Assembly: GCA_964405095.1 (NCBI GenBank)
Contig: CAYOML010000006.1
Coordinates: forward strand, 1-54,128
Length of the DNA stretch: 54,128 nucleotides
Reading direction: 5' to 3'
DNA from: an uncultured Candidatus Saccharibacteria bacterium
GTDB lineage: Bacteria; Patescibacteriota; Saccharimonadia; Saccharimonadales; EFPC-124
The notes beneath the pieces are model-generated. The model was not told the DNA's origin and did no database searches. It worked only from the letters and a program-made list of their open reading frames with translations. A program made the translations under genes and the position numbers. The first letter of the stretch is position 1. Each line of letters begins with the position of its first letter. Below, one piece after another: positions 8,826-17,474 of the stretch.

Positions 8826-10679
8826 TTGTACAATATTCCAGTAATGAATCAGATTTTCGCGGCGGCATGGGTAGGTTCTACGAAAACTGCTCTCGTCAGT
8901 GCCGCCAAGCTTAAAAACAAATATGTAAACATCTTTCTTCTCGCGCTGCCAATACTCGCTTTCAGTGCTGGGCTTGTTGCTTCCGGGGACAAGATTATCC
9001 CGGGCGATACCGATTACTACTTCCAAACATACGAGGCATTTCGTCGTAGCATACTTGAGTTCGGCCAGTTCCCCTTTTGGAACCCATGGATGGACGGCGG
9101 TATACCACTCTTCGCTAATATTCAGTTTGGGCTCATCAGCCTGCAGTCGCCCTTTATTCTTCTTTTCGGATCTGTCATAGGAATGAAAATAGCCATTGTG
9201 CTATATCAATTGGTCGGCTTCTTCGGCTTCAGAAAACTTTTCCGAGACGGTTTCAAAACCGATGCTGTGCGGTCAATCTTGTTAGCCTACATACCAATTT
9301 TCGGCAGTTTTTTTGTTTTGCGGACAATCGCCGGGCATTTTACTTTCTTACTGATCGCTTTCGTGCCATGGCTCATATATTTCTTCATTGGGCGTGACAA
9401 AAAGTATAGTTGGCTGTGGTTTGCACTAATTTATAGCTTTATGATCTGGTCAACACCCCACTACACAACCATTATGTCGCTAATGGTTGTTGGGGTCTGG
9501 TTCTTATACGAGGTTATTAACCGGCTGATAACCGCTAGGCGTAGCCAAGCCTGGAAAGAGTTCTTAGAAAAAACCAAGAAAGACCTTTTCTTCTTTATGA
9601 AAGCTGGCGGTCTTATCTTAGTATTTTGCGCTTATCGCTTGTTCTTCGTGGTCCAATATCTTAAGGATTTCCCCCGCCTTGAGTCGGCCAAAGATGAGCC
9701 ATTTACCGGCCTTTACCAGGGGCTCTACTCAATTTGGGGACCCGACCAATACCGCTCGCCGCCCTTACTGCCATCCAATTACGGCTGGGTTGAGACCGCA
9801 ACCTACATAGGTATCGGTACTTTGGTATGCCTGCTTTTGGTGGCAGGGGTCTATGGTGCCAGCCGGTTTATAAGAAAGCATAAAGACGCCGCCCAAAAGC
9901 TCTTTGCCTATCCTGTGTTCCTGCTTGGCGCCCTTTTTTCAACCTTCTTTGTTTTGGGCATGGGTAATTTTGGTGAGCTTTCCCCCTACCGCCTGCTTAA
10001 TCACTTACCAGTTTTTGACTCAATGCGCGTGCCCACCCGTTGGCTTTTATGGTCGGCTTTGTTCGCACTTTTCATCTTGGCGGTATACAAAGGCGCTAAA
10101 TTCAAAAAAGCTATCAACATCATTTTGTTCCTAACAGTTATTGAACTATTCATGACAGGTTCACACATTATGGGTAAAGCTTTTTTTGTAAGAATCGACC
10201 AATACCGCTCACCACAAGCCGCGTTCAACCAGGTTTACCTGTACCGAATTCCAAGGCCAGCCTACCTGCCCGACAAGAACTTTCAGACCGTCTACTGGTA
10301 CGATGAAAACTTGACCGAAACCACACGCAATAACCTGGGCCAGGTGATTGCCGGCGACTCTTTAGTTGACACTCGTATTCCTGGCAGCACCATTCGCTGT
10401 GGTTCGAACCAAATCAACTGTCGGTTTACGAGCGAAAACGTCAAAATGACTTATTGGTCACCCAATAAGATTGTCTTGGAGCGCACAGCGCCTGGGTCTG
10501 TGAATATCAACATGAACCCCGGGCGCGGTTGGAAGGTGAACGGAAAGTATATATTTGCTGGTTATAAAGTAACCGACCCTCATGGTGAGTTCATAATCGA
10601 TGACCCCGCCCAAACCATCACCTTGGAATATGCCCCTAGCCTGTCGCCAAAATGGATTTTCGATAAACTGCCATTCTAG
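8826..10679 (+). CDS. Polytopic membrane protein with a C-terminal soluble domain; candidate GT-C-fold glycosyltransferase (GtrC/YfhO-type role)
   Basis: 617-aa ORF with more than 10 hydrophobic helices followed by a ~170-aa hydrophilic tail; divergent from the GtrB-like gene. The start may be the ATG at 8844. The function is inferred from context only. Confidence 0.4.
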   Translation: MYNIPVMNQIFAAAWVGSTKTALVSAAKLKNKYVNIFLLALPILAFSAGLVASGDKIIPGDTDYYFQTYEAFRRSILEFGQFPFWNPWMDGGIPLFANIQFGLISLQSPFILLFGSVIGMKIAIVLYQLVGFFGFRKLFRDGFKTDAVRSILLAYIPIFGSFFVLRTIAGHFTFLLIAFVPWLIYFFIGRDKKYSWLWFALIYSFMIWSTPHYTTIMSLMVVGVWFLYEVINRLITARRSQAWKEFLEKTKKDLFFFMKAGGLILVFCAYRLFFVVQYLKDFPRLESAKDEPFTGLYQGLYSIWGPDQYRSPPLLPSNYGWVETATYIGIGTLVCLLLVAGVYGASRFIRKHKDAAQKLFAYPVFLLGALFSTFFVLGMGNFGELSPYRLLNHLPVFDSMRVPTRWLLWSALFALFILAVYKGAKFKKAINIILFLTVIELFMTGSHIMGKAFFVRIDQYRSPQAAFNQVYLYRIPRPAYLPDKNFQTVYWYDENLTETTRNNLGQVIAGDSLVDTRIPGSTIRCGSNQINCRFTSENVKMTYWSPNKIVLERTAPGSVNINMNPGRGWKVNGKYIFAGYKVTDPHGEFIIDDPAQTITLEYAPSLSPKWIFDKLPF

Positions 10680-10754
10680 GCCTCAATTAGGTTAAATTAC
10701 AACGCTTACGCTATTTACTCAAAGGTATATTGATGGTATAGTGTATATGTTGAT

Positions 10755-11297
10755 ATGAGATCATTTACTAAACACAAAAACAACAAAAAGCTGGCTGTCC
10801 TAACCCTTGTCGTCGCCGGAGTAGCGGTTTTAGGTGTGGTTTATCTACTAATTGCTAAACCCTTTGCGCACACCCCGGCCGGGCAGACGGAATTACGCCC
10901 GTCTAATGAAATTAACTACTCCCCAGCTACCCCGCAAGAAAAAAAGGATTCCGACCAAGCTAAAACGAATATCGTGAATCAGGATACTTCTCCAACCAAC
11001 ACCAGCCAGACCATTGCTGTAACTATCTCGCGCGCTTCGCAAGTAGGCCAAGCCGTCAGTGTCCGAACATTTGTTACTGGTGCAACAGCCGGCGAATGCA
11101 ATCTTACTTTTACCCAAGGGGCCCAAACTATAAGCAAGCATATTCCTATCGCCTTAGACGCCAACTCATACATTTGTAACACCGACATAGCCATCGACGA
11201 GTTCGCAGCTAGTGGCGATTGGAATTTAACCGTCGTCGCCAAGAGTGGTAACTCAACCTCGCCGGCCGCAAAACAAACCGTCACGATAACTAAATAA
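10755..11297 (+). CDS. Small membrane-anchored or secreted hypothetical protein
   Basis: 180 aa with N-terminal KKLAVLTLVVAGVAVLGVVYLLIA anchor; Ser/Thr/Gln-rich linker, beta-rich C-terminus with two Cys. Confidence 0.6.
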   Translation: MRSFTKHKNNKKLAVLTLVVAGVAVLGVVYLLIAKPFAHTPAGQTELRPSNEINYSPATPQEKKDSDQAKTNIVNQDTSPTNTSQTIAVTISRASQVGQAVSVRTFVTGATAGECNLTFTQGAQTISKHIPIALDANSYICNTDIAIDEFAASGDWNLTVVAKSGNSTSPAAKQTVTITK

Positions 11298-11298
11298 T

Positions 11299-13797
11299 AT
11301 GCGACGCTCACGACTAATCTTACTTGCCCTGACAATAGCCACTCTAGCTCCATTTATGACGAGTACGGCAGCCATGGCAGCAACCGGCGCTGACTACAAC
11401 GCTGGCTATATTATTGACGATCTAGTCTTTAACAATAAGGCCGCAATGTCCGTACAGCAGATACAGGATTTCTTAAATGCTAAGGTCCCCGTTTGCGACA
11501 ACTGGGGTACCCAGCCCTACGCCGGTACAACCCGCCGGGCCTACTCTGAAGCCCGAGGCGAGATCTTCCCCCTAATATGTGTTAAAGAATATTACGAAAA
11601 CACCACAACCAAAGAGAACAACCTACAAGGTCATCCCATCCCGGCCGGTGCAATAAGCGCTGCCCAGATCATTTGGAATGCCTCTCAGGCTTACAACATC
11701 AACCCTCAGGTCCTTATTGTATTGCTCCAAAAAGAACAAGGCCTAATTACCGACGATTGGCCGTGGTACCGCCAATACCGCAGCGCTACGGGTTACGGGT
11801 GCCCCGACAGTGCACCTTGCGACGCTCAATATTATGGCTTTTACAACCAGGTTACCAAAGCTGCGTGGCAGTTCAGACAATATGCTAATAACCCAAATAA
11901 CTACAACCACATCCCTAACCAGAACAACTTCATACGTTGGAGCCCGGATCCTTCCTGTGGAGGTAGCACCGTCTTTATCAGAAACCAAGCTACTGCGTCG
12001 CTTTACAATTACACGCCTTACCAACCTAATCAGGCAGCTCTTAACAATATGTATGGCTCAGGTGATAGCTGTTCGTCCTATGGCAACCGGAATTTCCTCC
12101 GTTATTTTATTGATTGGTTCGGCTCACCATATGTTCTTTACTCATGGACTACTGTCAGCCAATACGCCTATTACGATAACACCAAACAGCTGCCAGCAAG
12201 TCTGGGAGCACTTGGCCCGGGACAGCGTTATTACCTCGTTGTGAATATAAGAAATACCGGTAATGTCACCTGGCAGAACAGTGGGCCGAACCCAGTTAAC
12301 TTAGGTACAGCCAACCCTCAAGATCGTGCTAGTCCGTTTTGCGACAGCACTTGGATCGGTCCAGCACCTGGCTGTAACCGAACAGTTGCTTTGGGCGAAA
12401 GCAGTGTTGCGCCTGGGCAAGTAGGTTCCTTCTCGTTCTGGGTTAAGACCCCCTCAACCCCAGGCAAATATAACGAGCTTTACACGCCGGTCACAGAAGG
12501 TGTTGCCTGGATGAGCAATAGCACCATAAGCTTCCCAATGGCCGTTAATCCTCCCACATTCAGCTGGAAAACCACCGGGCAATACGCGTATACCGACAGC
12601 ACTAAAACATCGACCGCCTTTGATCTTGCCCATCTTACGCCCGGACAACGCTATTATTTGGGTGTCAAGGTAAAAAACACCGGGGATATGGCCTGGCGAA
12701 ATGTTGGTAGCCAAATTACTAAGTTGGGGAGCACGAGCCCCAAAGATCGCACCAGCCCGTTTTGCGACAGCACCTGGGAGAGTTGTACGCGGGCGGCCAT
12801 GCTTAAAGAGGCAGTGATTTACCCCGGTCAAATTGGCTCATTCGAGTTTTGGATCACGGCACCAAGCACGGGCAACTACAAAGAGTACTTAGCACCTGTG
12901 GTCGAGACTAGCGGCGGTAACACCTGGATGTCCGGCCAACTTATTACCTTTAAAATGGGCATCAACCCATACACCTGGGCAGCCGGTCCTATACGCTTCT
13001 TCACAAACAACACTAAACAAACCGCGGCCGACCCGACGAGGCTGGATCCTGGGCAGCGCTACTACATGACAGTTGGTATTCAAAACACCGGTGCGTCAAC
13101 ATGGCATAATACTGGTTCCAATCCCGTAGCACTTGGTACGGCCAACAGCACCGACCATAGTAGCAAATACTGTGATCCGACTTGGCTTGGTTGTAATCGC
13201 CCCGCGCGTCTCCACGAAAATACTATAGGCCCGGGTCAAATCAGCTACGCCGGTTCTGTTGGCTCATTCGAGTTCTGGATCACAGCGCCAGCCAACCCGG
13301 GTAACTACGTAGAAAGTTTCACTCCACTTGTTGAAGGCCTTACCTGGATGGGGACCAGTACCATCGACGTACCTGTAAAAGTCAGTGCTCGCAACTTTAG
13401 CTGGACACTTATCAACCAATACGCCTTCACCTCCTCCGACAAAACCACCTCTGTTAACCTTGGTGATCTTCAGCCAGGTCAGCGGTATTACCTGACAATG
13501 GCCCTCCGCAACGATGGGAACTTTACATGGTACAAGACTGGCCCCAACCCTATGCGTTTAGGCACCGCTAGCCCCGAAGACCGCGTAAGCCCCTTCTGCG
13601 ATTCAACCTGGCTTGGCTGTAACCGTCCGACTGCTATCCATGAATACACCATTTCCCCGCGTCAGATCGGCTCATTCGAGTTCTGGATCACGGCGCCAGC
13701 TACCAAGGCCAGCTACAACGAGATATACGCGCCGGTCATGGAAGGTGTGTCGTGGCTGGATAGCCACACAGTGAGTTTCCCGATGATTGTTCGTTAA
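11299..13797 (+). CDS. Secreted protein: N-terminal domain with a LLQKEQGLI motif (possible wall-hydrolase-like) plus four tandem ~133-140-aa NBR1-like Ig repeats
   Basis: Signal peptide MRRSRLILLALTIATLAPFMTSTAAMA. There are four repeats of GQRYYL..NTG..TW.N.G.NP..LGTA.P.DR.SPFCDSTW.GCNR......PGQIGSFEFWITAP...Y.E...PV.EG..WM. Confidence 0.7.
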   Translation: MRRSRLILLALTIATLAPFMTSTAAMAATGADYNAGYIIDDLVFNNKAAMSVQQIQDFLNAKVPVCDNWGTQPYAGTTRRAYSEARGEIFPLICVKEYYENTTTKENNLQGHPIPAGAISAAQIIWNASQAYNINPQVLIVLLQKEQGLITDDWPWYRQYRSATGYGCPDSAPCDAQYYGFYNQVTKAAWQFRQYANNPNNYNHIPNQNNFIRWSPDPSCGGSTVFIRNQATASLYNYTPYQPNQAALNNMYGSGDSCSSYGNRNFLRYFIDWFGSPYVLYSWTTVSQYAYYDNTKQLPASLGALGPGQRYYLVVNIRNTGNVTWQNSGPNPVNLGTANPQDRASPFCDSTWIGPAPGCNRTVALGESSVAPGQVGSFSFWVKTPSTPGKYNELYTPVTEGVAWMSNSTISFPMAVNPPTFSWKTTGQYAYTDSTKTSTAFDLAHLTPGQRYYLGVKVKNTGDMAWRNVGSQITKLGSTSPKDRTSPFCDSTWESCTRAAMLKEAVIYPGQIGSFEFWITAPSTGNYKEYLAPVVETSGGNTWMSGQLITFKMGINPYTWAAGPIRFFTNNTKQTAADPTRLDPGQRYYMTVGIQNTGASTWHNTGSNPVALGTANSTDHSSKYCDPTWLGCNRPARLHENTIGPGQISYAGSVGSFEFWITAPANPGNYVESFTPLVEGLTWMGTSTIDVPVKVSARNFSWTLINQYAFTSSDKTTSVNLGDLQPGQRYYLTMALRNDGNFTWYKTGPNPMRLGTASPEDRVSPFCDSTWLGCNRPTAIHEYTISPRQIGSFEFWITAPATKASYNEIYAPVMEGVSWLDSHTVSFPMIVR
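12139..13794 (+). repeat. Four in-frame tandem domain repeats (12139-12558, 12559-12975, 12976-13395, 13396-13794)
   Basis: Boundaries were read from the repeated (Y/F)SW..xQYA start motif. The nucleotide block ggctcattcgagtt(c/t)tggatcac recurs at about 12835, 13261 and 13669. Confidence 0.8.
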
Positions 13798-13800
13798 GCC

Positions 13801-15087
13801 CTAAACCTTTTCTACAAACTTCTTTACCGCAACAAACGCATCGTCCCAGCTGGTTGGTCTATATTTAGTTTTGATGGCTGCTTCTTTTTGCTTTAAAAGT
13901 CCAGGGTCATTCTGGTATAGTTGGACCTTTTCCAACATAGCTATAGGATCATTAGGCGAGAAATAATCTATAAGCTTGCCGGCGATCTCGGGCATCGATG
14001 AGGTGTTTGATGATAAACAAAACTTGCCATAAAATAACGATTCTGAAACCATCAGCCCCCAACCCTCGTAAAACGAAGGGAAAACTGTAAAGTTGCAGTT
14101 CCTATACAGCCAAGCCAACTCTTGGTCATTGCAGTTAGTAAAAAGAAACTTTTTAGAAAGCACCGGATCGTTTTGGATCAGATACAAAAAATCGTTAGCA
14201 AGCCATCCATGGCGGCCAACTAGAACGACAGTTGGGAAGTCTTCACCGCGGTGTATAGCCTCGCGGGCAGCATAATACAAAAGCATATGATTTTTGCGTG
14301 CTTCGATTGTGCAAACACATAAAACATATTTGCCATTTTGAACCGGTAGATCTGGTTTGACCGGTTTTTGTTCCATAAAATCGTCGCCAAGTCGGAAGAC
14401 ATGCACCGCTACTGGTGATTGACTGCGGGCTTTCATAAACGCCTGCACATCGCGTCGGGTGGATTCTGAAATGGTCAGCACACCATCAGCAATACTAAAC
14501 ATCTTCTCCATATAACGAGAAAATTGACCGGGCATGTCTGGTACAAAGTAGCCCGGGAAAAATGCGGGCAGCATGTCGTACACAATCTGAACAATCTTAA
14601 AATGAGTCTTGGCGCGGCGCCTAGCAATAAGGTTTGCGAAAGTATTATCGGACCAGTCGCCACTCAAAATGAGCAGTGTGTCTTCTGACTTAAAAATAAC
14701 AGGGGTGTCTGGTTCGGCAATGTGGCTGCGGAGGTGTCGCAAGCGATGATACTGCCTGCGCAGATACGCCCTACTAGCTGGCGGTAAAACTGGTTTCACG
14801 ATATGTTTTGCACTCAGTAAAATCTGTCTAACAAAACTGTCTGTGCCAACTTCAGTTATAGTATCTCTTGCCTTGTGCTGTAACTCCTTTATGCGGCGGT
14901 CAATATGCCCAAAATCAAATTCGGTAAATAGCTGTCTATCCTTGTGAAAGACAAAAAATTTAACCTTTTCTTGATCGGCATAGCGTTTGGCAAGGTTATA
15001 TTCGACACGCTGGATACCGGTAAGATGGCCAGACCAGTTAATTAGCATTGTTACGTCAATCCAGAGTGTGCCTTGTGTTTGCTTCAT
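13801..15087 (-). CDS. GT4-family glycosyltransferase
   Basis: 428 aa; C-terminal FPSFYEGWGLMVSESLFYGKFCLSSNTSSMPEIAG matches the E-x7-E GT4 motif region. Confidence 0.75.
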   Translation of the reverse strand: MKQTQGTLWIDVTMLINWSGHLTGIQRVEYNLAKRYADQEKVKFFVFHKDRQLFTEFDFGHIDRRIKELQHKARDTITEVGTDSFVRQILLSAKHIVKPVLPPASRAYLRRQYHRLRHLRSHIAEPDTPVIFKSEDTLLILSGDWSDNTFANLIARRRAKTHFKIVQIVYDMLPAFFPGYFVPDMPGQFSRYMEKMFSIADGVLTISESTRRDVQAFMKARSQSPVAVHVFRLGDDFMEQKPVKPDLPVQNGKYVLCVCTIEARKNHMLLYYAAREAIHRGEDFPTVVLVGRHGWLANDFLYLIQNDPVLSKKFLFTNCNDQELAWLYRNCNFTVFPSFYEGWGLMVSESLFYGKFCLSSNTSSMPEIAGKLIDYFSPNDPIAMLEKVQLYQNDPGLLKQKEAAIKTKYRPTSWDDAFVAVKKFVEKV

Positions 15088-15089
15088 AT

Positions 15090-17474
15090 TCAGTCCCTAA
15101 ATGTGTTTTTATATAGTTCGATTAGTTGATCAGCGCTGGCAGCGATTCTTGCCGCCTCAGAGCGCTTCCCGATCGGTCTAGCTGATGCTTGCCTGATTAC
15201 AGTGTCTACTAGTTGGCTGTACGCCTCTGGGCTATGCTGATTAGAAATGTATTTCTTGGCAGCCATGCCTATGCGGTTGCGCTCCGCAGAAGATGTCACA
15301 AGTCGTTTAACAGCTTTTAGCAGCTCGTCTTCACTGGTGACTTTTGCAACACAGTCATCGGGCAACTCAGAAAACCAACCTAGCTTGCCGTTGACCAAAA
15401 CAACACAGCCATAACGCATCGCCTCGAGTACTGCTAATGACGTCTCTCCGCGGTAGCTCGAACGGTAGTTAACGAGTATGTCCAAGTCACTCAAATGTGA
15501 TTGGTACTCTAGGTCCGACAGGTTGGTGGTGAGTCGAATATTATCGTGACTCTTGAGCTTTGATACTGCCCCAGGGTCAACATTCCCAAAACCAAAAACG
15601 TGCAGCATGATTTTGTCTGTGAGCGACTCGTCACGAGCAAGCTCCTCTATTATACCAAGCCCTTTGTGACTGCTCAAAATACCGGCCAGGCCAACGTGCA
15701 CAATACTCCTATGCTGCGTCTGAACATTCTGTTTGGACATAGCTACGGGTAAGCCGCCCTCGATGATTACTGGCCCATCTGGCTGAACTAGTTTTTCTAG
15801 AGCATTCTTGGCATATCGTGAGTGGGCTATGCCGGCAATCTGATTATTTACAACTGACGTTAATAAAGCTGAGTCGGTGGCACCGACCATTTCATCTAGT
15901 TTAAGCTCAGCTTCAACACGTTCGGGTAGAATAAGACCCAATCGGGCCATCTCACCAAAGGCTTCGCTTAAAACCATATCGTGGAGAATCGCCACACCGG
16001 GTAGGTATAGCGCGTTAAGAATCGTCAAAAAATGATATTCACTGTTGCCTATGTGGTACAAGACTGCGTCGTAGCCGCGGTAGGCCAGGGCGCTAAAATC
16101 TTCGGCAGCAAAAGATGGCACCAAATATTTTAGATAATTCGGCCTGATCTGCATTGATGGTTCTTCTTTGCGATCCTCAAAGTAATAGTTGATGTCAAAA
16201 TGTTTGGCTATTGAGTAATGCAGTTCTTGTACCACCTTGCCGATGGCTGAATATCCATCTGGAGTAGGTGCCAAAATGGCTATTTTGGGCTTCTCAATAC
16301 GCGCAGCCGGGGAAATCGCCGTACGTTCCAGAGTCGCACGAACCAAACCAGCCGTGCGAGCCCAGGTGTAGTGCTCATTAATAGTGGCGTACAATTTTTC
16401 TTTTTGCGCCCAACCGTCACCGTTAACGGCCCGGCGCAGTTTTTCGGCTATGTCGTTTATGTCTTGAGGATCAAAAAAGTAAAAAGCGTCTTCTGAGATC
16501 TCTCGAAACACCGGGATATTTGAACATGCCACCTTCTTACCTATGTGCACAGCTTCTAGGATCGGTAGGCCCAAACCTTCATATTCTGACGCAAACAAAA
16601 CGGCCTGGGAGTGTTGATACAGCCATGCCAGTTCTACTTCGGATACGTTATCGGTAAAAATAATATTGTCAGCCAGACCCAAAAGCGTCTCGCGTTGATC
16701 AGTTGGGAAGGTAGAGGTGATAATTAAATGGTAGTCGTCGCCAACACTAGCCCGAAACTTGGCGAATGCCTCGATAGCTTTCTCGTTATTTTTACGCACG
16801 TCGTTGCTAGTAGAAAAAAGTATGTAACGTTTTGGCACATCGAACGCCGGCTGTTTAAATTCTTCAAACATGCCCTCGATGCACGCGCCATCGATGTTGA
16901 TAACCGGCTGGCCATCGTCTTTCATACCATAGTACACAGCCAGGTCGTCGGCTACAGTCTGGGAAATCGCAAAAATCTTGTCAGCTTCATAGAGCGTGAC
17001 GTGACGCTGCATATAATTTTCATAGTTCCAGGCGAGCATGTAGCGTTCAAGGTACAGCAGAGGAATAGAATCGTAATAAATCAGGCACTTAGCAATCGAG
17101 TCAGGGAAAACACAAGCCGTTGGCTCTTGGAACAGACAAGGAATCATAAACCAATTGGTGGTGTGCCCAGCTTTCTGTGTAGCCAGATAGTCATTCAGGA
17201 TTTGCTTGTTAATCTTAGCAGCCTCGGTATAACTGAGCTCCAGAGTTGGCAGCAAATCAAGTTCAACAATGGTTGCCTTGGAGCATTTAGACATTATCAC
17301 CTGCACGGCAGCGATGTTTTTGGGTAGGTGAGTCGAGAATATCAGAACAAACGAGGTATCGTCGCTGAGGTCGTAAAGTGTTTTTAGTAGTGATAACGCA
17401 TAACGCCCCATTCCTCTATCCCAGGCTGGTGTCTGAAAAAACTGACAGTCAACGTATATCACCTTCTTATCCAT
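15090..17474 (-). CDS. Dual-domain GT4 glycosyltransferase (WbdA-like two-module polymerizing transferase)
   Basis: Two GT4 halves: FASEYEGLGLPILEAVHIGKKVACSNIPVFREI near mid-protein and RGETSLAVLEAMRYGCVVLVN near the C-terminus. Start placed at ATG 17474 (MDKKVIYVD), which overlaps the upstream stop by 8 nt, rather than the ORF-track 17543. Confidence 0.7.
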   Translation of the reverse strand: MDKKVIYVDCQFFQTPAWDRGMGRYALSLLKTLYDLSDDTSFVLIFSTHLPKNIAAVQVIMSKCSKATIVELDLLPTLELSYTEAAKINKQILNDYLATQKAGHTTNWFMIPCLFQEPTACVFPDSIAKCLIYYDSIPLLYLERYMLAWNYENYMQRHVTLYEADKIFAISQTVADDLAVYYGMKDDGQPVINIDGACIEGMFEEFKQPAFDVPKRYILFSTSNDVRKNNEKAIEAFAKFRASVGDDYHLIITSTFPTDQRETLLGLADNIIFTDNVSEVELAWLYQHSQAVLFASEYEGLGLPILEAVHIGKKVACSNIPVFREISEDAFYFFDPQDINDIAEKLRRAVNGDGWAQKEKLYATINEHYTWARTAGLVRATLERTAISPAARIEKPKIAILAPTPDGYSAIGKVVQELHYSIAKHFDINYYFEDRKEEPSMQIRPNYLKYLVPSFAAEDFSALAYRGYDAVLYHIGNSEYHFLTILNALYLPGVAILHDMVLSEAFGEMARLGLILPERVEAELKLDEMVGATDSALLTSVVNNQIAGIAHSRYAKNALEKLVQPDGPVIIEGGLPVAMSKQNVQTQHRSIVHVGLAGILSSHKGLGIIEELARDESLTDKIMLHVFGFGNVDPGAVSKLKSHDNIRLTTNLSDLEYQSHLSDLDILVNYRSSYRGETSLAVLEAMRYGCVVLVNGKLGWFSELPDDCVAKVTSEDELLKAVKRLVTSSAERNRIGMAAKKYISNQHSPEAYSQLVDTVIRQASARPIGKRSEAARIAASADQLIELYKNTFRD

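Noticed and set aside
12139-13794. The repeat domains as a diversity-generating retroelement target.
   Set aside because: No reverse transcriptase, template repeat or adenine-specific mismatch pattern between repeats is visible in the window.
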